In this document: piece after piece, positions 1 through 9,122 of the stretch
Layout of the letters: each line of letters starts with the position of its first letter
Position numbering within the stretch: the stretch's first letter is position 1
From: an uncultured virus (IMG/VR IMGVR_UViG_3300007747_000151)
Lineage: Duplodnaviria; Heunggongvirae; Uroviricota; Caudoviricetes
DNA: 64,000 bases
Virus record (IMG/VR): IMGVR_UViG_3300007747_000151
Strand: one strand, 5' to 3'
Translations under genes and position numbers: made by a program
Notes under the pieces: generated by a model
Databases searched by the model: none
What the model saw: only the letters and a program-made list of their open reading frames with translations
Told to the model about the DNA's origin: nothing

Positions 1-801
1 ATGCTGAATACATTACCCGATTTACATAAAAGTTTTGCAGAGCAACTCAAACTTAAATTTCAGTCTGATTCGCGAATTCACTCCCTTCTCGCTGGCGGCT
101 CGATTGTTCATGGCGGGTTTGATAAATACTCCGATCTCGATTTTGTCGTTGTCGTAGACACTCTCCACTATGACGAAATCATGACGCAGCGTAGGGAGCT
201 TGCCGGAACATTAGGCCATCTGCTCCATGCTTTTACCGGGGAACATGTCGGAGAGCCTCGCCTGCTAATATGCCTGTATGGCCCAGAACTTCTTCATGTC
301 GATCTGAAATTCGTCACTCTGGAAATGCTCACTCAACGCGTTGAGGAGCCAGCAGTGTTATTTACCCGTGATAACACTGCTCTGCAGCGACAGCTGGCAA
401 AATTTAGTGCTCACTGGCCTGATATGTCGCCGGAGTGGTTTGAGTCCCGAGCCTGGATCTGGCTGCATTATGCAGTGGTTAAGTTGGGAAGGGGCGAACT
501 CTTCGAAGCGATTGGTATGCTGTCATTCTTCCGTGAGCAGGTGCTGGGGCCAATGCTGTACCGCCGTGCCAATCTTCCGCAACGTGGGGTTCGCCGCATT
601 GAATTCCACGGCATTGACCCTGATGGCCTGCTGACTCCCACGCTGGCAACGCACGATCGTGACTCCGTCAGCATGGCCATCAGAATGGCTGTTGACGCTT
701 ATATCACTCTGCGAGCTGATGCTCTGCCTGAGAATATCGCAGATGATGCGGCTCGTCGGGCGGTTCTCGCGATGCTTAAAGCATATTCTGACAGGGTTTA
801 A
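1..801 (+). CDS. Pol-beta superfamily nucleotidyltransferase domain protein (LinB/aminoglycoside adenylyltransferase-like architecture)
   Basis: 266-aa ORF with motif LAGGS...FDKYSDLDFVVVV (GS-x-D-x-D) followed by a helical domain; substrate unknown. Confidence 0.7.
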   Translation: MLNTLPDLHKSFAEQLKLKFQSDSRIHSLLAGGSIVHGGFDKYSDLDFVVVVDTLHYDEIMTQRRELAGTLGHLLHAFTGEHVGEPRLLICLYGPELLHVDLKFVTLEMLTQRVEEPAVLFTRDNTALQRQLAKFSAHWPDMSPEWFESRAWIWLHYAVVKLGRGELFEAIGMLSFFREQVLGPMLYRRANLPQRGVRRIEFHGIDPDGLLTPTLATHDRDSVSMAIRMAVDAYITLRADALPENIADDAARRAVLAMLKAYSDRV

Positions 802-807
802 ATATGT

Positions 808-837
808 ACTCCGGTCGCTTACACGGCCGGAGTAAAA
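808..837. terminator. Hairpin after the nucleotidyltransferase gene
   Basis: TACTCCGG-N-CCGGAGTA inverted repeat followed by an A run; orientation uncertain. Confidence 0.45.
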
Positions 838-914
838 GTACCGACGATCTAAATCCCAGGATTGGCCGTCTCAGTTTAGTTACTTCAATCCCATGCTAAA
901 GCCAGGTTCAGGTG

Positions 915-1061
915 TCAAGAGTAAGGTTCGCTATCTAAAAACGTGACCTGCCTGTATGCGATATTTACACCATCACCACCATCATAGAGAACGTAGCCCG
1001 CTTCTTTGGATTTGGCAGATTCGATTTCTTTAACTGAGAGAGGTTTGGTTTGCCTTGCCAT
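915..1061 (-). pseudogene. Truncated P4-family integrase (N-terminal stub)
   Basis: Manual translation MARQTKPLSVKEIESAKSKEAGYVLYDGGDG... parallels the IntA start MARKTKPLTDTEIKAAKPKDADYQLYDGDG at 23318, then diverges and stops after 48 codons. Confidence 0.8.
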
Positions 1062-1078
1062 TGCCGGGTTTCCATAGT

Positions 1079-1150
1079 TTTAGGCACCTCAAAAAAATAA
1101 AGCTTTATGAGGTGCCTAACAAGGTGCCTAAAAGGTTCGGATTTAATTAG
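1079..1150. repeat. Integrase leader with arm-type repeats; 25-bp match to 23383-23407
   Basis: GCCTAAAAGGTTCGGATTTAATTAG occurs at 1126-1150 and 23383-23407; AGGTGCCTAA tandem repeats plus an inverted copy. Confidence 0.75.
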
Positions 1151-1185
1151 CTGGTATCAGACTTCGCGGGACAAATTGAGGGCAC

Positions 1186-1219
1186 AAAAAAGCCCGCAGG
1201 GCTTGCGCCGTGCGGGCTC
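1186..1219 (-). terminator. Rho-independent terminator of the type found just downstream of ssrA
   Basis: Minus strand AGCCCGCA-CGGCGCAAGCCC-TGCGGGCT-TTTTT; matches my recollection of the E. coli ssrA-intA spacer. Confidence 0.75.
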
Positions 1220-1430
1220 TTAGGACTTCATCGGATGACTCTGGTAAATTGGTACCATAACTTATTGTTTAATCGCTAGTAATGTTCAGTTCAATTTTCA
1301 CTTTGGTCCCATTGTTGGTCCTAAAAGAAAATGTCAGGTTTTTTTCGGGGGAGGGGAGGTTACAGCAGAAGTTTCTTCGTCTGTGAGATTAGCATTTTGC
1401 TTTCCTTTAGTCTGCTTTGTATTTAAGCGT

Positions 1431-1760
1431 TTATTTCACGTTAGTTTTTAGCAAGCCGCTAGAGCGCCTTGCTCGCAGAATATCCACTACGGAAAGATAC
1501 GGGGTTTGTTCTTGCCACGAAAATCCATTCCTGTCGATACGAACCAGTTCGTATTTTTCCACCAGAAAGTTGACTGCATCGGCCAGGGTGATCCCGGCAT
1601 CAATATGTTCCTTAATAACAGTTTCATCACTGAATGGCGTGTCGTTCAGTGTCAGGCCATAGTGCGTTTCCAGCAGGCGTGTCAGTAACATTTGCCAGAC
1701 GGCCACGGGCGGCAGACATAGCTTCGCCGCCTGCGGAGTTGTTGCAGGTAAAGTTTTCAT
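1431..1760 (-). CDS. cbtA: Type IV TA toxin, CbtA/YpjF/YkfI family
   Basis: [36 protein letters not shown] signature; start placed at MKTLPAT (ATG 1760), downstream of the antitoxin. Confidence 0.9.
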   Translation of the reverse strand: MKTLPATTPQAAKLCLPPVAVWQMLLTRLLETHYGLTLNDTPFSDETVIKEHIDAGITLADAVNFLVEKYELVRIDRNGFSWQEQTPYLSVVDILRARRSSGLLKTNVK

Positions 1761-1780
1761 GTTTGCTCTCGTGAAATTTG

Positions 1781-2098
1781 TTAGCGCTGAGTGGGATAAA
1801 CGGCGACGTATACGTAGCCGCAACTGCCAAGGGTATCGGCTTCGCAGGTGAAACCGTTGTGATACAGGATGACGCAGTGGGCATGGCAAGGGTTCATTTC
1901 ACCGGTGGTCAGCATCAATTCCATCTGACTGATAAAATGCGGAAATGCCACATCCAGCTTAAGACATTCGGCGTCACTGATCTTACCGGTGATACTAGCC
2001 CGATCAGCCAGATAATGCAGCCGGTTCCCCTCCTGCACCAGACGGGCTCCCAGGTGTGGCGTGATATCTCGCTGCAGACCCCATGTGATTTTGCTCAT
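1781..2098 (-). CDS. cbeA: Type IV TA antitoxin, CbeA/YfjZ/YafW family
   Basis: WGLQRDITP...[18 protein letters not shown]...[13 protein letters not shown] signature. Confidence 0.9.
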   Translation of the reverse strand: MSKITWGLQRDITPHLGARLVQEGNRLHYLADRASITGKISDAECLKLDVAFPHFISQMELMLTTGEMNPCHAHCVILYHNGFTCEADTLGSCGYVYVAVYPTQR

Positions 2099-2115
2099 TG
2101 ATAACCTCTTTATTG

Positions 2116-2337
2116 TCAGTTCAGAGTGATACTCATCAGGCAGGCATACGGTCCGTTGCGGTCCTGGCGGCGTTCGGCGTATACCGCCAGCACACCGGGA
2201 ATATCCGGAATTTCCCTGCCGGTGTAATGGCAGACGCTGCCATTACACTGGTATTTGCCGGTGCAGTAGCGAAAGATTCGGGACTCAGGATGCTGGCGGT
2301 ATATCGTCATTGCCCGGCGTTTACTGATAATTTTCAT
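2116..2337 (-). CDS. yeeT: DUF987 (YeeT-like) protein
   Basis: MKIISKRRAMTIYRQHPESRIFRYCTGKY; canonical position between radC and cbeA. Confidence 0.8.
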   Translation of the reverse strand: MKIISKRRAMTIYRQHPESRIFRYCTGKYQCNGSVCHYTGREIPDIPGVLAVYAERRQDRNGPYACLMSITLN

Positions 2338-2345
2338 GTCATACC

Positions 2346-2828
2346 TCAAAGCAAACCGTGTTCAGCGAACGACAATATCTGCGTGCCACCGACAATGAGA
2401 TGGTCAGGCACACGGATATCAACGAGATGAAGCGCCTGCACCAGACGCTGCGTGATGGTCCTATCTGCCTGGCTGGGTATGATGTCACCGGAGGGATGGT
2501 TATGCGCCAGTATCACTGCTGCCGCATTGAAGTACAGGGCGCGTTTGACCACCTCACGGGGATGTACCTCGGTGCTGCTGATGGAACCGGCAAACAGGGT
2601 TTCGTGGGCAATCAATTGGTTCTGCTGATTCAGATACATCACCATAAATTCTTCACGCTCCAGTCCCGCCATTTTCAGCTTCAGCCAGTCACGGGCAGCT
2701 TGGGTGGAGGTGAATGCCACGCCTGTTTCGCGCAGGTGTCGGTCAAGCAGCGTTAAGGCGCGTTTTACCGTGCGTTGTGCGGTTAGTGGTAGTGCCGGAG
2801 TCAGTGGGATAAGTGACTGTTCCATCAT
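2346..2828 (-). CDS. radC: RadC-like JAB domain protein (YeeS/YkfG/YfjY)
   Basis: EVHPREVVKRAL...ILAHNHPSG...DHLIVG JAB motifs. Confidence 0.92.
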   Translation of the reverse strand: MMEQSLIPLTPALPLTAQRTVKRALTLLDRHLRETGVAFTSTQAARDWLKLKMAGLEREEFMVMYLNQQNQLIAHETLFAGSISSTEVHPREVVKRALYFNAAAVILAHNHPSGDIIPSQADRTITQRLVQALHLVDIRVPDHLIVGGTQILSFAEHGLL

Positions 2829-2836
2829 AAGTATCC

Positions 2837-3295
2837 TTAATCAATAATTCGCAGAATGGCGCTGGATTCAGGGTGCTGCAGGGCGTAATCCCGTAGGCGG
2901 TAATAGTGCTCCGTCATGACATCGCATTCGGTGCGACAGGCGTGACGGCTGTATTCAATCAGGCAGACAGCGATACCTGCGGCTTCCACGCTCATTTCCG
3001 CACCATTGCCGTTCATGCCGTTGAACAGATGCCATTTATCGTCACCGTCAGCATCAGGGGCCATAAACGCGCCGCCATTGCTGAGCGTGTAAAAGGACCA
3101 GATATCACCGCTGTACTCATCACAGAAGCGGTCCATCCAGGCGAAAATACGGGGTTCCAGCGTTATCCACTGCGGGATAGCGCCAAAGTACAGCGGCCAG
3201 AAATCGAGACGCTGTTCGTCAGGTACTGGTGCTGCAGTGAGGTCAAATAGAGGTGCATTAGCGGAAATCAATTCGCATTGCGTTTATGTTGTCAT
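2837..3295 (-). pseudogene. klcA: KlcA/ArdB-family antirestriction protein (YfjX-like) with a stop at codon 4; possible restart at TTG 3271
   Basis: VPDEQRLDFWP..FGAIPQW..LEPRIFAWMDRFC..YSG..WSFYTLSNGGAFM; RBS-preceded ATG 3295 reads ATG ACA ACA TAA in frame. Confidence 0.75.
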
Positions 3296-3367
3296 GGATA
3301 TTCTCCGTCAATAAAAACGCCAGCGACGATGGCTGGCGTATGGGAAATGGATGATGAATGGGTGTGG

Positions 3368-3604
3368 TTAGGAGGAGGATACTCTGAGGATGCCATATTG
3401 CCGGATATAACGGTTAAGCCCTTCACCGGTATCAGGTTCAAAGCACCATGCCCGCCAGACCATCCGGCCTTCGGGGTCGCGAACCACCAGACGGAAGTGA
3501 CTGCCCTGGTCGTCTTCAATGGCGATGTTGTGATACCGGCGGGTAACAGCTTCGGCCTGCTGGCGAGTGAATGAACCCGACGGCAGTAATTGAGATTCAG
3601 GCAT
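3368..3604 (-). CDS. DUF905 family protein (YkfF-like)
   Basis: FTRQQAEAV...[14 protein letters not shown]...GRMVWRAW signature and position. Confidence 0.8.
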   Translation of the reverse strand: MPESQLLPSGSFTRQQAEAVTRRYHNIAIEDDQGSHFRLVVRDPEGRMVWRAWCFEPDTGEGLNRYIRQYGILRVSSS

Positions 3605-3621
3605 TCGGTGTACCTTAAAAG

Positions 3622-3653
3622 CAAAAGCCCCTGACGCAGACGCGTCAGGGGCT
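3622..3653 (-). terminator. Terminator after the WYL-headed operon
   Basis: AGCCCCTGACG-N-CGTCAGGGGCT followed by a T run on the minus strand. Confidence 0.65.
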
Positions 3654-3681
3654 GTGGGAGTATGCGGGTGTGGGGAGATTG

Positions 3682-4092
3682 TCAGTAACCGGTTTGTACC
3701 TTATACAGCCTCAGGGTTTTGCTGCCCCGAACAATCTTCACATACAGAGCATTATCTTTCGAGCCACGCACAAACCCGGCCTGCACATCGCCCTTACAGT
3801 CACCACCATCGTAAGGAACATTGACGCCGGTCTGGCGCACCAGGTCGATAACCCCGAAGCTTAAATCTTCACAGGCAGGGCCTGGCAGGTCCTGAATCAG
3901 GGCAAACTTACGGTCATGACTGACGCCGGTCAGCGAGCACATGGAGGTGTTTATATCGTTTCCCTGGCACCAGTATTCCTGACCAGGATTGTCTTTATCC
4001 ATCAGGCTTGCCGGAAGCTGCGCGGCACCGGTACTGAAGGTGGCGAATGACAGAATGAGAGTGGGTATGGCTGAGGTGATAATTCTTAACAT
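3682..4092 (-). CDS. Exported protein of unknown function
   Basis: 136 aa; N-terminal signal peptide ([24 protein letters not shown]); four Cys; RBS AGGAAG. Confidence 0.7.
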   Translation of the reverse strand: MLRIITSAIPTLILSFATFSTGAAQLPASLMDKDNPGQEYWCQGNDINTSMCSLTGVSHDRKFALIQDLPGPACEDLSFGVIDLVRQTGVNVPYDGGDCKGDVQAGFVRGSKDNALYVKIVRGSKTLRLYKVQTGY

Positions 4093-4181
4093 GGCATTCT
4101 TCCTGAATTAATGGATGTCGTAATACATCCGATATATTTGGCAGGCATCTGGTGTGATTTAAAACGCCTGTAACCAGAGTC

Positions 4182-4796
4182 TCAGCAGTTACCGGTACGG
4201 CGGCACAGTTCAGCCATGCTTTGCTTTGCCACCCACTGCTGCAGTTCGCGGTCTTTTTGAGAACGCTTAGCCGCCAGCGCGGCCTGTTGTTTTGGATTGA
4301 CGCAATTATCAGGCACGACCAGCAGGGCTTTCGGTGCGTAGGTTGACCGGGCATGATTCAACGCTTCTGTCGGATTATCTGTTCCACCCGATCTCTGTTG
4401 TGCCTCGTCCAGCAGCGAGGCCTGGGTATCAATCAGAGTGAACCCACACGCCTTACCCTCGCCCTGGTACACGGATGTCAAATCGGCGGGGGAACCACTG
4501 GCCGATTTGAGTGTAAGTTTGCGTACCGTTTTGGTGTTTTTGTCAGCAAGAAAATAGCCTCCGTTGTATCCCATTCGCAGCAGAAACTGCCGGGTCCAGG
4601 GGTAATTATCAATGACTCTGGCACCGTAGAGCGCATTGCTGAGGGTGTAATTGTCCAGACCATCGGCTGATTTCCAGCCGTCAGCTTGCATGTATTGCCA
4701 GGCCTTAACCGTCCCTACGACATTTTCAGCGGCTACAGGCAAAACGGCACCCGCACACAGGCTGAGCACTAGCGCCGTGGTAGTAAGTAATTTCAT
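4182..4796 (-). CDS. Exported protein of unknown function
   Basis: 204 aa; signal peptide MKLLTTTALVLSLCAGAVLPVAA; start overlaps the stop of the WYL gene. Confidence 0.75.
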   Translation of the reverse strand: MKLLTTTALVLSLCAGAVLPVAAENVVGTVKAWQYMQADGWKSADGLDNYTLSNALYGARVIDNYPWTRQFLLRMGYNGGYFLADKNTKTVRKLTLKSASGSPADLTSVYQGEGKACGFTLIDTQASLLDEAQQRSGGTDNPTEALNHARSTYAPKALLVVPDNCVNPKQQAALAAKRSQKDRELQQWVAKQSMAELCRRTGNC

Positions 4797-5497
4797 ATCT
4801 GTTCCTTTTGAGGTGAAAACCCGTCGTCACTGACAACGAGCAGTGAGTGGAAAGTCTGAAAGTGAGGTAATACCCGAAGAAAATCGGGATGTGACAGCAG
4901 GTTACGCAACCGTGCATCCGGCACGAACAGTGACGGGTGGAAGGTAACCGTATGAATATCGCCCAGCGGGAAAACCGTTATATGCCCCCCGAGTTCACCA
5001 GTCAGATACCAGCAGCCGTCGCTGCAAACCAGGCGGTAAGGAGCCAGCCCGGAGTAACGACCGCCCTCAACCAACAGCGTCACACGACGGTGTTCGGTGA
5101 TAGCGCGAACCAGTCGTGTAAACACTTCAGGCCGTGCCAGTACCCGGGAGGTAGCGCTATGCCAGATAAGGCAGGGAGATTCACTGGCACTCAACAGGGA
5201 GGTAACCAGCTGGTTGTCGATATCCGGAAAGAGCGCCTCCACGCCGGAGTGGCGCACGAAGGTCTGCACCGCCAGCTCCCGCTGGCGACTACCGGACAGG
5301 AGGCGGCACTGCCCGTCACGGAACTCCAGGTCGAGATAGGCCAGCCGCTCGCGAAAATCCCGACGCAGCGTGCGAACTGACACGCCAAACTCGACAGCCA
5401 GCTTCTGCATAATCAGCGTTTCTCCCGCCACAAGGCGGCTGATAATCAGCGACAAGCGGACCGCAAGGCGCTCATGGCGGCGCTCAGTCTGAGACAT
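4793..5497 (-). CDS. yfjR: HTH-WYL transcriptional regulator (YfjR-like)
   Basis: LAVEFGVSVRTLRRDF HTH; LAPYRLV...CWYL WYL motif. Confidence 0.88.
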   Translation of the reverse strand: MSQTERRHERLAVRLSLIISRLVAGETLIMQKLAVEFGVSVRTLRRDFRERLAYLDLEFRDGQCRLLSGSRQRELAVQTFVRHSGVEALFPDIDNQLVTSLLSASESPCLIWHSATSRVLARPEVFTRLVRAITEHRRVTLLVEGGRYSGLAPYRLVCSDGCWYLTGELGGHITVFPLGDIHTVTFHPSLFVPDARLRNLLSHPDFLRVLPHFQTFHSLLVVSDDGFSPQKEQI

Positions 5498-5668
5498 GAG
5501 AGGCGTTCTCCATCCTGTTAATAGACTGAAAATTAAGTGATTAGTGTAACGAGAGGGCCGGACAGGATATGGACAGCAGAAGCAGTATTTTTTCAGCAGG
5601 CTGAATGCAATCAGAATGCGGCTTCGTGTCCAGTCAGAGGAAACATTGCCTGTAAATTGAGCAATGAA

Positions 5669-5685
5669 CGGACAGGTGATGTCCG
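5669..5685. promoter_or_regulatory. Palindrome upstream of the WYL regulator (candidate operator)
   Basis: CGGACA-GGTGA-TGTCCG; related CGGACAGGATATGGACA at 5559-5575. Confidence 0.45.
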
Positions 5686-5698
5686 CATTAACCCGGAG

Positions 5699-6532
5699 CT
5701 AGTATTTGTTTGACTGAAACCCGCTGAGCATCGTTTCTGCCATCACCCACAGCGCACGGTTAAGCTTCACGTCACCATCGATACCGCGCACGGCACGGGT
5801 ATGCGTTCGCACGCCTTTTACACTACGTCCGCTAAGCCCGCCTTTAATCAGGTTCTCCTGAATACGCTGGTAGGTGGTCCACAGGTCATTACTCTCATCC
5901 TGCCAGCGGCGTGGGGAAAGTATCTGTGTCGGGGCAACCGGCTGGTGGTCCTCCCCGAAACGGTAAGCCAGTGCGGCCTGTGCCAGAGCCTGCTGCGCAG
6001 GCGGTGGCAGCATCAGTGACTGCATGGCATCCCGCTTTTCTTCAACACGGTCAAAAATCCCCAATACCTCATACGCCCCTTCAATCACCTGACTCACCAC
6101 ATCTCCTTTGTGCGGCACCCGCACCTCACCAAAAGACTCACCGCAGACGAGCCCGTTCTGGCACACTGCACGGAATAATCCCGGCAGCATCTGGTACGAA
6201 CTTGTACCATCATGAGAGTTGAGCAGAATGATTTCCGGTACCTGTTTGCCGGTGATTTGTCCCTCCCGGCGCAGGCGCAGCATGTGCTTTGTGTGCTCGC
6301 GACGCTCAGGATCACGAACCCTGGTCTGACAGGCAAAGAACGGTTGAAAGCCTTCACGTTTCAGGCTGTCGAGCAGAGATATTGTTGGAATGTAGGTATA
6401 GCGTTCACTGCGGGACTGATGTTTATCCTCACTGAAGACACTGGGAACCACACGAAACAGCTCTTCATGGGTTAACGGACGGTCGCGACGGATAAGGTTT
6501 GCTGCGCCAAAGCGCGAAGCCAGACGGGTCAT
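5699..6532 (-). CDS. yfjQ: DUF932 family protein (YfjQ/YafZ)
   Basis: MTRLASRFG...EDKHQSRSERYTYIPTI...LLNSHDGTSSYQMLPGLFRAVCQNGLV. Confidence 0.92.
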   Translation of the reverse strand: MTRLASRFGAANLIRRDRPLTHEELFRVVPSVFSEDKHQSRSERYTYIPTISLLDSLKREGFQPFFACQTRVRDPERREHTKHMLRLRREGQITGKQVPEIILLNSHDGTSSYQMLPGLFRAVCQNGLVCGESFGEVRVPHKGDVVSQVIEGAYEVLGIFDRVEEKRDAMQSLMLPPPAQQALAQAALAYRFGEDHQPVAPTQILSPRRWQDESNDLWTTYQRIQENLIKGGLSGRSVKGVRTHTRAVRGIDGDVKLNRALWVMAETMLSGFQSNKY

Positions 6533-6625
6533 AAGCAGACTCCTCATGATGGAAAATAAATACAAAAAAGCCCTGCCGCTCAAATGGCGACAGGGCTCAG
6601 GAAACGACGGATTAAGCGGCAATAT

Positions 6626-7489
6626 TCAGAAGAAGAAATTCCAGACGGCACGGGCAACCGACACCACGGTGCCGCGTACAGCCTGAATGATTGTCCGAAC
6701 CGGGGCCGGTATCAGGGGAATGGAGCTTACTGTGTCCAGTACCGAGCCGACCGTTTCCCCAAAATCGTCACAGGCTTTTTTATCAACGGAATCGGTACGA
6801 AGTGGCGCACTGAGCTGGACTACCACCGGACTGCTGGCCTCGCGTGGCAGGCAACGGATCATCCGTTCAGCCATCACCCGCAGTCCCCACTGCAGTCGGA
6901 CCGACACCGCACAGACTGGATTTACCGGCTGGAACAGCTCATGCAACAGGCCGATTTTGCGGCTGATATTTTGCTTCTGCTCCGTGGAGAGTTTATTGCC
7001 ACTGCTGGTGGGTTCGACTTTATCTGCTTGGCTGATAACAAACAGCACCTTGTGCCGGTATCGTTCACCAATCACCTTGCGATAAAAGTGTTCATCCACC
7101 GCCAGCGCCCGGTCATCGGCTTTAATCAGCCACAGCACAAGATCGAGTCGGGGAAGCTGCTCGCAGTAAAGTGCAGCATATTCCACATCACGCGCATTGC
7201 TTTCCCCCACACCGGGTAAATCCACAATGGTCATAAAGCGCTCGCCAATCTGCAGACGAAATCGCAAAGGTTTGCGGGTACAGGCAGATACATCACTGAC
7301 CGGGGACACTTCTCCGGCAAACAGGGTATTGCACAGGCAACTCTTGCCCGAGCCAGTTTTACCCATGATTCCTATTATGGGTTCGTATTGGGTAAGTTGG
7401 TTGATTTGCTGAAGAATACGTTCAGTTAACCACTGTGGCAGATCCGGTAGAGATTGCTTAATTTGTTGGTGACCTTCAGAATTATTCAT
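6626..7489 (-). CDS. yfjP: Era-like GTPase (YfjP/YkfA/YeeP)
   Basis: G1 GKTGSGKS, G3 DLPG, SQADK G4-like motif. Confidence 0.9.
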   Translation of the reverse strand: MNNSEGHQQIKQSLPDLPQWLTERILQQINQLTQYEPIIGIMGKTGSGKSCLCNTLFAGEVSPVSDVSACTRKPLRFRLQIGERFMTIVDLPGVGESNARDVEYAALYCEQLPRLDLVLWLIKADDRALAVDEHFYRKVIGERYRHKVLFVISQADKVEPTSSGNKLSTEQKQNISRKIGLLHELFQPVNPVCAVSVRLQWGLRVMAERMIRCLPREASSPVVVQLSAPLRTDSVDKKACDDFGETVGSVLDTVSSIPLIPAPVRTIIQAVRGTVVSVARAVWNFFF

Positions 7490-7892
7490 CGTTTCATGTC
7501 TCGGAGTGATTATAAAAGCGGCAACATTAGAGGCGTTGACGTCAATGGGGTTTGTCCAAGTAGATGATATGTATCTGAAATATATTGGGTTCTAAGTGCA
7601 GTATGGCAAGAACTGTGTGGCGCATTAAGTATAGTGGGATAGATTAAGGACCCTTACGATGGTGTGACTAGATTCAAAGCTAAGTTATATCTTCAGAAAA
7701 AATGGAAGGTGATGGTTAAAAAATCCATAAGGCCTAGTCTTAGAGGCAAGCTGCGGTATGTTAAGTATTCGTTATAACACGGAACGACTCACGCGTTCAT
7801 TCGCACGCTTACTAAGCTTGTAACAGTAAGAAAAAGTTCTATTTATTCAGTAATGTAATGTTGGTAAGATATGATGAAAATTAGGAGGTTAT

Positions 7893-9122
7893 ATGTCTAA
7901 TATCGATTCCGATAGCATCAAGCAAGAATTATCAGAAACCGGGACCCTTACCGGTATTGAGGCCGATCTAGATGAGGAAATGGTTCTGGAGCCATTTGAT
8001 CCTGATGCTATATCTATTGAGCAAAAAGTTGTACCAATGGATACGCTCATTAGACGTTTAAAACAGCAATCAATTCATCTTTCACCCAACTTCCAGAGAA
8101 ATGAAGTGTGGGATGTAACTCGAAGAAGTAGATTAATTGAATCACTTTTATTAAAAATCCCATTGCCGATGTTCTATGTTGCTTCAGATGAAAAAGGAAC
8201 ATGGGAAGTAGTTGATGGCTTGCAAAGATTATCGACTATCAGGGATTTCATTATCGGTAATGAAAATGGTGTTTGCTTAACTCTTAAAAATTTAGAATTT
8301 TTAGGAGATAAATTAAACGGGAAAACATTTAGATCCATCGAAAATGACCCTACCCAACAGAGATTAGTCAACGATATACTCGAAACTGAAATGCGTTTTA
8401 CTGTAATTAATCCAGGGACTCCTGAAGCAGTAAAAAGGAATATATTTAAACGAATTAATACCGGTGGAATGCCTTTAACTTTACAAGAAATTCGTCATGC
8501 ACTTTATCAAGGCAAATCTTCAATTTTACTTTATGAACTATCGTGTAGTGAAGAGTTTTTAAATGTACTTGGGAATAAGGTGAATGATACCCGAATGGCT
8601 TCAAGAGAGTTAATTCTTAGGTTTTTATCTTTCCTTGTCTTTAATCGTGAAAATTATAAATCTAATTTGGATTCATGGCTTAGTAATACTATGCGTGTCA
8701 TAAATTTGATGCCCAATATCACGCAAAAAGAATTAAATAAAATTTATAAAACTGCGGATGAACTACCAGTCATTAATTTATCTGATTTGGATGAAGTTAA
8801 GGATTTGTTTAAAAAAGCAATGCTCCGTTGCGATGTTATTTTTGATGGGCATGCTTTTAGAAAATCGATACCAGGAGATGAAAGGAAAACACCAATAAAT
8901 AAATCGTTATTTGAAGTCTGGTCAAACGTTTTATGCCGTTTGAGTGATGATGAATTTATAAAATTAAAATATAATAAAAAATCTCTTCTTGAAAAGTACA
9001 AGTTGATTCTTGAAGATACAGAGTTTGTGAGTGCGATTAGCCGACACTCATCAATGCAGAGTAGCGTGATTGGCAGATATAATGCCATAGATAATATAGT
9101 AAAGGAGACTATTTATGGCTGA
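7893..9122 (+). CDS. nsnA: DUF262 (ParB-like) protein, Menshen NsnA-like
   Basis: PNFQRNEVW...LIESLLLKIPLP...VVDGLQRLSTI...IFKRINTGG DUF262 motifs. Confidence 0.8.
   Translation: MSNIDSDSIKQELSETGTLTGIEADLDEEMVLEPFDPDAISIEQKVVPMDTLIRRLKQQSIHLSPNFQRNEVWDVTRRSRLIESLLLKIPLPMFYVASDEKGTWEVVDGLQRLSTIRDFIIGNENGVCLTLKNLEFLGDKLNGKTFRSIENDPTQQRLVNDILETEMRFTVINPGTPEAVKRNIFKRINTGGMPLTLQEIRHALYQGKSSILLYELSCSEEFLNVLGNKVNDTRMASRELILRFLSFLVFNRENYKSNLDSWLSNTMRVINLMPNITQKELNKIYKTADELPVINLSDLDEVKDLFKKAMLRCDVIFDGHAFRKSIPGDERKTPINKSLFEVWSNVLCRLSDDEFIKLKYNKKSLLEKYKLILEDTEFVSAISRHSSMQSSVIGRYNAIDNIVKETIYG

Noticed and set aside
1..801. Antibiotic-resistance nucleotidyltransferase
   Set aside because: The fold motif is shared with many non-resistance enzymes; the sequence is not recognisable as a named lnu/ant/aad allele.
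944..971. IS3-family terminal repeat (TGACCTGC...TACACC) truncating the integrase stub
   Set aside because: Resemblance is short, with no partner repeat or transposase nearby; too weak to call.
1126..1150. 25-bp direct repeat (also 23383-23407) as the island's attL/attR core
   Set aside because: Both copies sit at the same place upstream of an integrase start, so they are better explained as homologous leaders of two related elements. CP4-57-type cores lie in the ssrA 3' end.
1761..1889. N-terminal extension of the CbtA ORF given in the track (similar extensions for yfjQ, yfjI, intA, cI)
   Set aside because: The extensions overlap neighbouring genes or regulatory sites; downstream ATGs match the family N-termini.
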